DNA from: an archaeon
GTDB lineage: Archaea > Iainarchaeota > Iainarchaeia > Iainarchaeales > 0-14-0-20-34-12
Direction: 5' to 3'
DNA length: 64,000 bases
NCBI GenBank assembly: GCA_038046645.1
Contig: JBBSVU010000006.1
Span: 10,304-74,303, forward strand
Shown here: positions 1 through 9,560 of the stretch, piece after piece
Position numbering within the stretch: position 1 is the first letter of the stretch
How the letters are laid out: each line of letters opens with the position of its first letter
Program-made: the position numbers and the translations under genes
Notes under the pieces: model-generated
Database searches by the model: none
Told to the model about the DNA's origin: nothing
What the model saw: only the letters and a program-made list of their open reading frames with translations

Positions 1-1
1 A

Positions 2-526
2 CCATGGTTTTTAGTAGGCAAGATAAGAGAATCTGAAATACTTATAAAAATGTTTGAAAATAAACAGTTACTGCCAATATCTGTTGAAGAACAGCAAATG
101 TGGGATATTAACTTATTACAAAAATATTATTCCTCACTTTTAATTTTGGATTGGATAAATGAAAAAGCTGAGCAAGACCTGCTTGAACAGTATAACATAC
201 AACCAGGCATTTTGCACAGCAAACTGCTTATTTGTGATTGGATAGCTTACGCAATACAAGAATTGGCCAAAATACTTAACATGGATGAAAAGGCAGCTTA
301 TTTTTCACAAATTAGAAAAAGATTAAAATATGGCATAAAATCAGAATTAGTTGAATTAGTTGAATTGAAAAATATTGGAAGGATTAGAGCAAGAAGATTA
401 TTTAAAGCAGGAATAAAAAGCATTTCTGATTTGAAAAAAACAGACATAAAAGATGTTGAACGGGTTGTTGGAAAACAGTGCGCTGAATCTGTTTTTGAAC
501 AGCTGCACCTAAGTAAGCAGTCATAA
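2..526 (+). CDS. hel308: Ski2-like/Hel308 DNA helicase, C-terminal part (5' end outside window)
   Basis: Frame is open from base 2; RLKYG...ELVELKNIGRIRARRLFKAG is the C-terminal HhH region of Hel308. Confidence 0.88.
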   Translation, partial: PWFLVGKIRESEILIKMFENKQLLPISVEEQQMWDINLLQKYYSSLLILDWINEKAEQDLLEQYNIQPGILHSKLLICDWIAYAIQELAKILNMDEKAAYFSQIRKRLKYGIKSELVELVELKNIGRIRARRLFKAGIKSISDLKKTDIKDVERVVGKQCAESVFEQLHLSKQS

Positions 527-717
527 CGTCTAGGAACCCACGCCTAAAGGCGTGACAGAGTATCGAATAAGTATTAATAAAAAAATAGTTTAATAGTTTG
601 AAGGCATATATTATTAAAAGTTCGATACTCTGTTGGGCTTGTGGATAATGCTATTAATGTTCAAGAAAACAATGCCATTGCCTAAAGGCAATGGCTTCCA
701 CAAGCCAGACGTTATGA
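521..717. mobile_element. Structured non-coding miniature element, IS200/IS605-end-like
   Basis: Nested inverted repeats: 521-531/707-717, 556-567/621-632, 636-645/697-706; hairpins CACGCC-TAAA-GGCGTG (539-554) and GCCATTGCC-TAAA-GGCAATGGC (674-695); 533-604 recurs at 40113-40184. Confidence 0.6.
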
Positions 718-776
718 GTGACATTGCCATCGCTCTCCAATATGAATTTTCACTCCCATCATTGCCTGCTGATTAT

Positions 777-1400
777 TCATTTATTCTTAGTTTTGGGGTA
801 TTTGCAATATTCTTTAATTCTGCAAATTTCACATTTTGGGTTTATAGGCAAGCAAATATTTTGGCCAAATTTCACGAAAAGATTATTTATATATTTCCAA
901 TATTTATTAGGGACTTTTTGCATTAATTTTTGCTCTGTTTCTTCTGGCTTTTTTGTCTTTACTAACCCCAACCTGTTTGAGATTCTGTGAACATGGGTGT
1001 CAACTGCAATTCCATCCAAATCAAATGCATAAATTCTGACACATTGGGCTGTTTTTCTACCAACCCCAGGGAGGAATAATAAGTCAGCAAGAGTAGAAGG
1101 GACTTTTCCATGCCAATTATCTAATAAAATGCGGCTTAATTGTTTAATTCTAGCAGCTTTAACTTTATAAAATCCAACTTTCTTTATCAATTTTTTTATG
1201 TTTTTTAAATCAGCCCCTGCCAATTTTTCCGCTGTTGGATATTTCTCAAACAAAGAATCTGCGGCCTTTTTTGTTGTTTCATCCCTTGTCCTTGCACTTA
1301 GAACAGTCGAAACCAGAACCTTAAAATCAGAATTATATTTGAGTATTGGTTTGCTGAATTTATGTTTTTGTAATTCTTCAAAAATCCTTAAAAATTGCAT
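777..1400 (-). CDS. nth: Endonuclease III
   Basis: LPGVGRKTA HhH motif, VDTHVHR, C-x6-C-x2-C-x5-C 4Fe-4S motif. Confidence 0.95.
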   Translation of the reverse strand: MQFLRIFEELQKHKFSKPILKYNSDFKVLVSTVLSARTRDETTKKAADSLFEKYPTAEKLAGADLKNIKKLIKKVGFYKVKAARIKQLSRILLDNWHGKVPSTLADLLFLPGVGRKTAQCVRIYAFDLDGIAVDTHVHRISNRLGLVKTKKPEETEQKLMQKVPNKYWKYINNLFVKFGQNICLPINPKCEICRIKEYCKYPKTKNK

Positions 1401-1404
1401 TAAA

Positions 1405-2619
1405 TCACTTTTTCGGGCAGAGAATGGTTTTTGTGAATTCTTCAGGCACTGCCTCTTTGCAGACTGTTTGGATATCTTTCTTTGTTTTTAGTGTGGCTAA
1501 GGCCAAAAAATCCTCAAACTGCCTAAATCCAAAAGTGTCAGCAAATATATTCTGCTCAGCCATCACTAAGGGGTCTTCTCTAGCTATAAGTTGTTTCCCT
1601 TTGAAATACGCCCTTGCACGAGCTAATTGTTTGTCGGTAATACTGCCGTTCTTCAAATTATTGAATTCTTGCTCTATTAGATGGATTGCTTTCAAATAAT
1701 TTTTAGGGTTTGTTGCTAGATATACACAAAAAAAAGCGTGATTTTTATCCCCATCTACAAAGCTGTGCACATCATAGCAAAGCCCCCTTTTTTCCCTTAA
1801 TTCTTGAAAAAGCACTGAACTTAATCCTTCACCTAACATCGCACTTAATAAGTTAAAAACAGCTAATTGATTATTATCCTTTGATGAAAATGGAAAACCC
1901 ATGCAAACATGGGTCTGCTCCAAATCCTTAAGCAACATGCTTTCCCTTGGTTTCCAGCTAGAAAGATTAAACTTTTTCATCCCTGCTGGTTGCTTGCGTT
2001 TTTTTAAATCTGGAAGCCTTCTTTCCACTGAATCCAGTATCCTCCTTGCGGGAATCGACGTATTTATGCTAAAGCAAAAATTATTAGGGGAATAACATTC
2101 TTTAAAATATCTTTCAATATCCTTCTTTTTAATTGAAGAAACACTCTTTTCAGTTCCAGCTGTTTCAAAACCTAATGGGTGTTTGTGGTATAAATCAGAT
2201 AAAAAATTCTGAAAAACAAATCTTGTGGGATTATCCTTTATTTCAGTAATCTCACTTAAGATTATTTTCCTCTCTGTCTCAATCTCTTTTTTATCAAAAA
2301 CACTATTAAAAAGACAGTCAAATAGGATATCTAAGTTTTTTTCAAAAAAATCAGGCAATCCTTTTACATAGTAAGCCGTAGCTTCTTTTTTTGTATACGC
2401 ATTAGTTATGCTACCTGTCTTTTCAATATTGAAAGAAATCTCTTTACGGGTATGTTTTCTTGTTTTAGTAAAAAGCAGATGCTCAATGAAGTGGGCAACT
2501 CCAGCATATCTTTCTTCTTCCAATGCAGACCCAAAAGGTATATTTGCTAATGTCACTGTGCTGTATTTTGAAGAATCATAAAGTAGCTTAGCCCCAGATT
2601 CTAGCTGAAACACATTCAT
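1405..2619 (-). CDS. M16 family (pitrilysin-like) zinc peptidase
   Basis: Inverted zinc motif HFIEH, NAYT, LFQELREKRGLCY. Confidence 0.92.
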   Translation of the reverse strand: MNVFQLESGAKLLYDSSKYSTVTLANIPFGSALEEERYAGVAHFIEHLLFTKTRKHTRKEISFNIEKTGSITNAYTKKEATAYYVKGLPDFFEKNLDILFDCLFNSVFDKKEIETERKIILSEITEIKDNPTRFVFQNFLSDLYHKHPLGFETAGTEKSVSSIKKKDIERYFKECYSPNNFCFSINTSIPARRILDSVERRLPDLKKRKQPAGMKKFNLSSWKPRESMLLKDLEQTHVCMGFPFSSKDNNQLAVFNLLSAMLGEGLSSVLFQELREKRGLCYDVHSFVDGDKNHAFFCVYLATNPKNYLKAIHLIEQEFNNLKNGSITDKQLARARAYFKGKQLIAREDPLVMAEQNIFADTFGFRQFEDFLALATLKTKKDIQTVCKEAVPEEFTKTILCPKK

Positions 2620-2637
2620 AAAAACAACTATAGATAA

Positions 2638-2832
2638 TTATGTTTTTTTGTTCCTGTTTCTGCCAAAATTAGCATATTTTCTATACTTTATTTCAGTCCA
2701 AGGTTTTGGCTGTTTTGATCGCATTTTTAATTCTTCAGCCAATAACTTTTTCCTCATATCTTCAGTTACTTGCCCAAATAACAAACCTTTGAAATCAAAG
2801 TCGTCTTTAAATGAGGGATCTTCTCTAGTCAT
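2638..2832 (-). CDS. Small hypothetical protein
   Basis: 64-aa ATG ORF co-oriented with and just upstream of the M16 peptidase. Confidence 0.55.
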   Translation of the reverse strand: MTREDPSFKDDFDFKGLLFGQVTEDMRKKLLAEELKMRSKQPKPWTEIKYRKYANFGRNRNKKT

Positions 2833-2885
2833 ATAACAGTCTATGCACCAGACTCTTTAAAAAGGTTATTAAAAACAACAGAATT

Positions 2886-3767
2886 ATGCCGCAGGAAAAA
2901 GTTATTGGTAATGACCAAAAAAACCCGGTTATGCAAAACAACAAGGAAGAGTTAATTAAAAAGTTTTCAAATGAGTTAATTGTTGCTGGGTACTCCCCAA
3001 AAACAGTGGTTATGTATTGCGGATATGTTTCTGAATTTTTTAACACACTAAAAAAGCCAATAACTGAATCAACGCATGATGATATAATTGCTTTTTTAGT
3101 AAATAAGAAATCTAAGAACGTAACTAATACTACTTTAGCACTAATCTATTCTGCGTTGAATTTTTTCTTCAAAAATTTCCTAAAAATAAAAATTTTAGAA
3201 GAGATAAAAAGGCCCAAAATAGGGAAAAAGATACCGATAGTTCTCACAAAAAATGAAGTAATCGCATTAATTTCGGCTGCAACAAAAAAAACGGATTCGT
3301 TAATTTTAAGCTTTTTATATTCCAGCGGCTGTAGGGTAAGTGAATGCACAAAATTAAAGGTAAATGACCTTGATATGGATAATTATACTGCAACTGTTTT
3401 TGGGGGCAAAGGAAATAAAGACCGCATCGTGATATTATCAAAAAAATGGGTTGAAGACATAAAACAGTACTTAAAAACAAGAAAATTACTAAGTGAATTT
3501 GTTTTTTGCAATTCATCTGGCAACAAAATATCTGAAGATGTGGTTCAGCGGATAGTAAAAAAATGCGCTAAAAAGGCAAACATAACTAAAGACACAACCC
3601 CGCACACTTTGCGCCACTCTTATGCAACCCATCTTTTGGAAAGTGGGGAAAGCATAAGAAAAATACAAGTTTTGTTGGGCCACTCAAATTTATCGACAAC
3701 CCAAATATATACTAGGGTAAGTACTGATGAGTTAAAAAAAGTAAAAAGCCCCCTTGATTCTTTATGA
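2886..3767 (+). CDS. xerA: XerA-type tyrosine recombinase (start may be 2931)
   Basis: N-terminal SAM-like domain; catalytic motifs SGCRVSE, GKGNKDR, HTLRHSYATH, LLGH, TTQIY. Confidence 0.88.
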   Translation: MPQEKVIGNDQKNPVMQNNKEELIKKFSNELIVAGYSPKTVVMYCGYVSEFFNTLKKPITESTHDDIIAFLVNKKSKNVTNTTLALIYSALNFFFKNFLKIKILEEIKRPKIGKKIPIVLTKNEVIALISAATKKTDSLILSFLYSSGCRVSECTKLKVNDLDMDNYTATVFGGKGNKDRIVILSKKWVEDIKQYLKTRKLLSEFVFCNSSGNKISEDVVQRIVKKCAKKANITKDTTPHTLRHSYATHLLESGESIRKIQVLLGHSNLSTTQIYTRVSTDELKKVKSPLDSL

Positions 3768-3915
3768 TGGGGGCGCACTTCCACTATTTTTTTAGCTGTT
3801 TTTTAGTTTAAAAACAAGAAAAAAGGCAAACATTTAAATAAACAAAATACATTATCTTATAAAAATAATTCTAAAAAATTAATAAATTAAAGGGCGGAAT
3901 AAGCGGGTGATTTAA

Positions 3916-4236
3916 ATGACATTAAGGCTTTCAGAGCTATTTGGGAAGGAAATTTTCACTTCCAAATCGGAACATAAAGGCAAGATCTTTGATCTTGTCA
4001 TTAATTTAGAGAAGGGTAGAATTGAAACAATAACTACTGAATCATTAAAGGTAAAATCAAAACAAGAAGCCAGAAAAATAATAACTGAAAAAAGCATTCC
4101 ATATAGAAAGGTAATGTCAGTAAAGGATATTGTTTTGGTGAGAGGGGATTCAGAAGTTGTTGAAGCTGAAGAAGAGCCTGTTGCTCAAAAAACAATTCAA
4201 CCTGGTGCGAGTTATAGATTAAGGCATAGAAGATAA
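3916..4236 (+). CDS. PRC-barrel domain protein
   Basis: LSELFGKEIFT...GKIFDLVINLEKGRI...IPYRKVMSVKDIVLV pattern. Confidence 0.8.
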   Translation: MTLRLSELFGKEIFTSKSEHKGKIFDLVINLEKGRIETITTESLKVKSKQEARKIITEKSIPYRKVMSVKDIVLVRGDSEVVEAEEEPVAQKTIQPGASYRLRHRR

Positions 4237-4371
4237 AGAATACAACGAAAGCACAGTAATTACTTGATTTTAAGTGTTTTAAGTAATAGTTTTTAAAGTT
4301 GTATGTATCATCTCTATACATAAGTAGCGAATAAATATGTTATAATTTAATTGTGGAAGTGTGGGGGTAGT

Positions 4372-4950
4372 ATGTCTACTGTAAAAGGATATTTTGTCCA
4401 ATATAAATTTATTTTTCCGGATTCAATTAAACATTCATCCTACACATACCAAAAGCTATTTAGGGCTATTTATGGATACACCCAAGTGGTTTTCAAATCA
4501 TCTGGCAAGCGTTATCGTTATCATAGGCAGGGAGTTTTATCTGAAGTTCCCTATATTCGATCAGGGAAAAACTGCGTAATTATCCCCCAAGCTGCGCTTC
4601 AAAAACTAACTACTTTTTTTAGGACTGGAATAAACCCAACCCATAAATGGCATGTTAAAGGAAATTGGAAGGCGGTTTATTATGTTGGGGAAAAAGAACT
4701 TAATCCAACTACGGTTAAAGATTCATTAGAGAAACAACTTGATCGTCTGTATTTATCTGAAGGTAAATCTGTTTTTAATGAGTTAAAAAGGTGTGAGGTG
4801 GGGGAGGTTAGTGAATCATATGCCAAGCATCTACTTTCCGAAGCTGAGAAAATAATAAAACAACCGTGGTTTGTTGTGGTTTATTCTTCTTCCCAAAATT
4901 TAAAAGATTTTAAGACTCTTTATTCAAAAATATTAACTAAATACCCCTAA
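4372..4950 (+). CDS. Hypothetical protein
   Basis: Long ORF with ATG after a GGGGG purine tract; function not recognised. Confidence 0.75.
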   Translation: MSTVKGYFVQYKFIFPDSIKHSSYTYQKLFRAIYGYTQVVFKSSGKRYRYHRQGVLSEVPYIRSGKNCVIIPQAALQKLTTFFRTGINPTHKWHVKGNWKAVYYVGEKELNPTTVKDSLEKQLDRLYLSEGKSVFNELKRCEVGEVSESYAKHLLSEAEKIIKQPWFVVVYSSSQNLKDFKTLYSKILTKYP

Positions 4951-4954
4951 CTTA

Positions 4955-5419
4955 TCAATTACTCTCTGAAATAAGCTTTATTTTCTTTTTTTGTGGTTCT
5001 TTAGCCCTCAACTCATCTCTTATTTCATCAACCAACTCAAATAAAAACTCATTTTTCTTCCATTTTCTTATTCCCCCAACACTACTAGCCTCAAAAAAAC
5101 CAACATCAACCATTGTTTTTATGTATGGGTATAAACTTCTTTCATTTAAATATTCAATACCCACAACCACCTTTATCCTCCTTCTTATTTCTTCCATTGA
5201 AATCCACTCATCAAACCCAACTACTTTAGAAAGATGGTCGGCTTGAGTATCCTTCTTAAATCGAACAAAATCCCATACAGCGTATATTTTTTTTACCTTC
5301 TTATCCACAAATTCATCTTTAAATACTTCATTCATTTCTTTTTCTTTCGGTTCTGTTGCCCACACAACTATTGAATCTATGCGTTTTAGTAAAGATCGTA
5401 TTATTAGTTTAATTACCAT
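4955..5419 (-). CDS. Hypothetical protein, probable winged-helix domain
   Basis: ISMEEIRRRI...SLYPYIKTMVDVGFFE...GGIRKWK resembles the wHTH helix-wing pattern. Confidence 0.65.
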   Translation of the reverse strand: MVIKLIIRSLLKRIDSIVVWATEPKEKEMNEVFKDEFVDKKVKKIYAVWDFVRFKKDTQADHLSKVVGFDEWISMEEIRRRIKVVVGIEYLNERSLYPYIKTMVDVGFFEASSVGGIRKWKKNEFLFELVDEIRDELRAKEPQKKKIKLISESN

Positions 5420-5432
5420 ATTTACCTTATTG

Positions 5433-5763
5433 ATAGTAATTACTTAAAAATATTACGGTAATTACCTTATTGCCCCCAAACGCCACATATCTCTAAAGTA
5501 AGTGCTTTTTTATGCATTTTTATTTACCCACGCAACCCGCCTTAGTTTGATTTAATATTAAAAAACAAAGTAATTGATTTTTCATTAATGAAAAATCATC
5601 CCCTTGTTAGAAATCTAGTCTATTTTTTGAAAGTAATGATCCGTTTTTTATGTTTTTATCCCTTATCTTTAGGTTAGGACGTACCTAAAATCAGAGTAAT
5701 TGTTAATTTTAATATACTTTATTAAAAAAATCTACCATGGCCCATAAAATTAGAAAGTAATGG
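5433..5763. repeat. Phased array of (A)AAGTAAT-like motifs
   Basis: AGTAA(T/G) cores at 5435, 5497, 5569, 5632, 5695, 5756. Confidence 0.55.
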
Positions 5764-5765
5764 TA

Positions 5766-5855
5766 TAGCGGAGGAAGGATTTGAACCTTCGACCTTCGGG
5801 TTTCCAACATTAAAGTTATGAGCCCGACGGGCACTCCTGGCTGCCCTACCCCGCT
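5766..5855 (-). tRNA. Initiator tRNA-Met(CAT) with 15-nt intron at 37/38 (5802-5816)
   Basis: AGCGGGG acceptor with A1:U72, GGG/CCC anticodon stem, CAT anticodon, TTCAAAT T-loop. Confidence 0.92.
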
Positions 5856-6026
5856 ATTTTTCAGTAAATATAAGGACAAAAACGGTAGTATTCTATTTTA
5901 ATCGTTCTAAATTTACGTGTTTTACTAATCCTTGTTGCTTTTTATCCTTTTATTTAATAAAAAAGGAAAATACTCCTTTTTAAAGTTTAATTATTAATTC
6001 TAAAATACATCCAAGTTTATGTGTTT

Positions 6027-6557
6027 TTATGACATCTTTTTGAACTCTTTTACTATATTTTCTGCCTCATTTATCCTTTTTTTTGTTTTTTTTATTCTAA
6101 CATTACTATCTAATGAATTCATCTCTTTACCACAATCCGGGCAAATAAAGTTATATTGCGATGCTATTTCAAAAACTGCCTCAGAACAGCCCTTTTCACA
6201 AGAAAAAAAGCAATAATCCTGCATTTTTTCAATTTCCTTAGTTAATTTAGTTATTTCTTCTTGTTTATCCTTAATTAAATACTCTAAAATCTTTTTATTA
6301 TTTATTTTCCAAGTATATGAATACCATCCAGTATTCTTATTCTTCTTTCTTGCGTATTCAACAATTCCTTTATAATGCAGCCTATTTAAAGCAGTTCTTA
6401 TCTCTGTGACTTTTAGCTTTAATTTTTTTGCTACATCCTCATCCGAAAAACCATCTGATAAATAATATTTAGCTATTAATGGCATTGCTAATTGGCCACC
6501 ATTATTGGTCAAAAAATCTTGAACAAAATCATACTTAAAAATAGATTTTTTTACCAT
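6027..6557 (-). CDS. tfe: Transcription factor E (TFIIE-alpha homolog)
   Basis: wHTH (SDEDVA...IRTALNRL), GWYSYTW, Zn ribbon C..GC...CPDCG. Confidence 0.92.
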   Translation of the reverse strand: MVKKSIFKYDFVQDFLTNNGGQLAMPLIAKYYLSDGFSDEDVAKKLKLKVTEIRTALNRLHYKGIVEYARKKNKNTGWYSYTWKINNKKILEYLIKDKQEEITKLTKEIEKMQDYCFFSCEKGCSEAVFEIASQYNFICPDCGKEMNSLDSNVRIKKTKKRINEAENIVKEFKKMS

Positions 6558-6608
6558 ATACTATCTCCTATAATAAAAGGTATATAAACAAATCTCTTAT
6601 TAGTTCAT

Positions 6609-7142
6609 TTAATTTGTTTTTATTATATCTTTATTTGAATTACTTGGATTGATCTTTATTTTAGCATTTTTAAAATTAGCGTACATTGTTTTATCCTTCA
6701 TAATTTTATTCAAAAATATTGCCAAGGCAGCAATTTCTGAATGGGGTTGGTTCCCTATGCTGATATTATACTCACTTATTTCATAAACTTCTTTTGGAAC
6801 TTTTTGAGACCCTATTATGACCATAATTTTATTTTTCCTCTTTATTGATTTGATTTTTTTATAAATCTCTTTCCCATACATCGTTAAATGAATTAGGCAG
6901 TATCCTTCTTTTTTATAACTTTTTAAAGACTGCTTCCAATTATCAGTAAACTCAACCTTAAAATTGCCTCCCCATAAGGAGTTTATTTTAGAAATGGTAT
7001 CTTCTAATTCTTTATCATAAAATCCATCAATTATTATTTTTGAGGCATTTAGCGCCCTAGACACCAAACAAACATGGGTTGTTACTCTTAAATCTCTTAC
7101 GACCCGATGCCCATATCTAAATACAATAACTTCCTTTACCAT
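6609..7142 (-). CDS. tRNA (cytidine56-2'-O)-methyltransferase aTrm56
   Basis: GHRVVRDLRVTTHVCL, HLTMYG, GNQPHSEIAALA. Confidence 0.95.
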   Translation of the reverse strand: MVKEVIVFRYGHRVVRDLRVTTHVCLVSRALNASKIIIDGFYDKELEDTISKINSLWGGNFKVEFTDNWKQSLKSYKKEGYCLIHLTMYGKEIYKKIKSIKRKNKIMVIIGSQKVPKEVYEISEYNISIGNQPHSEIAALAIFLNKIMKDKTMYANFKNAKIKINPSNSNKDIIKTN

Positions 7143-7194
7143 ATCTAAGAGACCAGTAGAAATGTATTTAACTGTTTTTTATTATGTGTTAGGT

Positions 7195-8469
7195 ATGCTA
7201 GATATTAATCAAATTAGGCAAGCTCCGGATTTTGTTATTAAAAACATCGAACGAAGGAAAAATACGGAGAAAATACAATTATTGAAAGAATTAATAATTA
7301 AAGATGAAAAATGGAGAAAAGCAATTGCCGGCCTTAATGACTTAAACCATGTGCGTAATAATATTTCTAAAGAAATCAATGAGCTTAAGTTGAATGGGAA
7401 AGATATTTCAACGAAACTTGGGGAAGCAAAAAAACTTCCATTAGCAATAAAAGAAGCAGAAACCCTAGAAAATAATTTAAAGGACGAAGTGGATTCCCTG
7501 CTTTTAAAAATTCCGAATTTGTTGCATGAGTCAGTTCCTTATGGGGGGTCTGATGCTGATAATGTGGTAATTAAAACAAATGGAAAAATAAAGAAACCTA
7601 CTTTTGAATTAATTCACCACGGGGATTTGGCGGTCAATCTGGATTTGGCAGAATTCAAAAGAGCAACAAAAATCTCTGGTGTTGGGTTTTTTTATTTGAA
7701 AAATCAATTAGTGCTTTTAGATTTAGCATTGCAGCGATATGCTTTAGACATTTTAATTAAAAAGGGGTTTAGCCCAATCCAGCCACCTTTTTTAATCAGA
7801 AAAGAGCCATATCGGGGGGTTACCGACTTAGATTTCTTTGAAAATCAATTATACAAAACAGACGAGGATTTATTTTTGATTGCAACTGCAGAACATCCAA
7901 TCGCCGCAATGTATATGAATGAAACCTTAAACGAGGATGATTTGCCTATAAAATATGCTGGTCTTTCCCCTTGCTTTAGGAAGGAAATAGGCAAACACAA
8001 TATTGATGAAAAGGGGTTCTTTAGGGTGCATCAATTCAATAAAGTAGAGCAGTTCATTTTTTGTACTGAAGAGCAGTCTTGGGACCTTTTCGAAGGATTA
8101 GCTGAAAATTCTGAGAATTTGCTTACTGCTTTGGAAATACCCTACCAAAAAGTAAATGTGTGTACCGGGGATATAGGTGAAATTGCTACCAAAAAATATG
8201 ATATAAACGGATGGTCCCCAAGAGAGCAAAAATATATTGAATTAATGTCATGCTCACACTGTTCTGATTACCAAGCAAGACGGTTAAAAATAAAGTATTT
8301 GAAAGGGAATGAGAAGAAATTTGTGACCACTCTGAATAACACAATGGTTGCGACAACAAGATTGTTGAGAATACTTTTAGAGACTTATCAAACTAAAGAG
8401 GGCACATTTAAGGTCCCTAAGGTTTTGCAACCTTATTTGAATTGTAAGGAAATCACCAACCATAACTAG
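7195..8469 (+). CDS. serS: Seryl-tRNA synthetase
   Basis: MLDI start, coiled-coil arm, ATAEHP, CFRKE, RVHQFNKVEQF, SCS..DYQARRL, TLNNT. Confidence 0.97.
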   Translation: MLDINQIRQAPDFVIKNIERRKNTEKIQLLKELIIKDEKWRKAIAGLNDLNHVRNNISKEINELKLNGKDISTKLGEAKKLPLAIKEAETLENNLKDEVDSLLLKIPNLLHESVPYGGSDADNVVIKTNGKIKKPTFELIHHGDLAVNLDLAEFKRATKISGVGFFYLKNQLVLLDLALQRYALDILIKKGFSPIQPPFLIRKEPYRGVTDLDFFENQLYKTDEDLFLIATAEHPIAAMYMNETLNEDDLPIKYAGLSPCFRKEIGKHNIDEKGFFRVHQFNKVEQFIFCTEEQSWDLFEGLAENSENLLTALEIPYQKVNVCTGDIGEIATKKYDINGWSPREQKYIELMSCSHCSDYQARRLKIKYLKGNEKKFVTTLNNTMVATTRLLRILLETYQTKEGTFKVPKVLQPYLNCKEITNHN

Positions 8470-8509
8470 CGTTTTTAAATACTATCCTAAAAGGTTATTT
8501 GTACAAAAT

Positions 8510-8582
8510 GGGCCCGTAGCTCAGTTGGCAGAGCACTGGACTTTTAATCCAGGTGTCAGGGGTTCAAATCCCCTCGGGCTCG
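8510..8582 (+). tRNA. tRNA-Lys(TTT)
   Basis: Cloverleaf; anticodon arm CTGGA-CT-TTT-AA-TCCAG. Confidence 0.96.
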
Positions 8583-8676
8583 TTCTGCCTTTATTTTCTA
8601 AAAAAAAGAAGTTTTGTAATATAAAAAAGATTTAGGGAATGAATGGAATAGTTTAATATATTTTAGAAAGCAATTA

Positions 8677-8750
8677 GGGACAGTAGCTCAGCCTGGGAGA
8701 GCACACGGCTGAAGACCGTGGTGTCGCGAGTTCAAATCTCGCCTGTCCCA
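8677..8750 (+). tRNA. tRNA-Phe(GAA)
   Basis: Cloverleaf; anticodon arm CACGG-CT-GAA-GA-CCGTG. Confidence 0.96.
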
Positions 8751-8783
8751 TATTTATTCTTAAATTAAGAGGTAAATTCAAGG

Positions 8784-9524
8784 TTATACTTCTTTATATT
8801 CTTCTTCAATTTTTTTAATTATAATTCCCTTTTCAGCAATTTCTAAAGGATGCAGGTCTTCAGAATGTTTTGTTGCCCTCATTTTTCGTATATGCAATGT
8901 TCTGTTGCTTTGGGTGCCTATTCCCATATAATGAAGCACAACAACCCCATCTGCAACATATTCTTCTACCCCATATTTGCCGTATTTATTCTCCCCTTCA
9001 TTTGTTTCAGATATTATAATTGAAGTAGTGCCGCTTCTCATTAACATATAACTTATTTTCAAAACCGCCTTTCGTATTTCTTCCTCAGCCCCCAAGTTAA
9101 ATCCTAATGCTGCAATTGAATCAATTACGACCCTTTTTGCCCCAATCCTTTTTATATTCCTAATAATCTCCAAAAGCAATTTATCCACATCAAGACCTGA
9201 AGAAGGTAGAGAATATTCCTCTTCAGAAGGCATGCCCAATCTAGCTAATGAACCATCAATAATTGCTATTTTGTTTGCCCTTTCCAATTCTCTTAAATCC
9301 CATTTAAACCTTAAACAGTCTTCTCTTATAAGTTCAGGCCTCTCATCTAAACTAATATAAATCCCAGGTTCATTGAATTTTGTCGCCCCATTATAAATGA
9401 ATTGCATTGAAAATATTGTTTTCCCAGTTCCACAACCGCCACTTACTAAGAAGCACCTTCCTTTAGGTAACCCCCCTTCTACAAGGTCATCAAATCCAAC
9501 AATGCCTGTTTTTATCCTATCCAT
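8784..9524 (-). CDS. Single-domain KaiC/GvpD/RAD55 family ATPase
   Basis: TGIVGFDDLVEGGLP, Walker A GGCGTGKT, RVVIDS, KMRATKH. Confidence 0.92.
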   Translation of the reverse strand: MDRIKTGIVGFDDLVEGGLPKGRCFLVSGGCGTGKTIFSMQFIYNGATKFNEPGIYISLDERPELIREDCLRFKWDLRELERANKIAIIDGSLARLGMPSEEEYSLPSSGLDVDKLLLEIIRNIKRIGAKRVVIDSIAALGFNLGAEEEIRKAVLKISYMLMRSGTTSIIISETNEGENKYGKYGVEEYVADGVVVLHYMGIGTQSNRTLHIRKMRATKHSEDLHPLEIAEKGIIIKKIEEEYKEV

Positions 9525-9560
9525 ATTGCCAGTCCCCTCTCATATTATACTTTTCTTCTA

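Noticed and set aside
633..990. ORFs 633-926 and 718-990
   Set aside because: They are antisense to nth and overlap the structured repeat, with no recognisable motifs
2886..3767. Integron integrase or proviral integrase
   Set aside because: No IntI-specific insertion is visible, no adjacent attC array or att duplication was found, and the protein fits chromosomal XerA
3768..3790. ORB origin element (GGGGG...TTCCACT)
   Set aside because: Single poor match, with no repeats and no orc1/cdc6 gene nearby
8510..8535. Identity between the 5' ends of the two tRNA-Lys genes as an att-site duplication
   Set aside because: Both are complete isoacceptor genes, so shared sequence is expected
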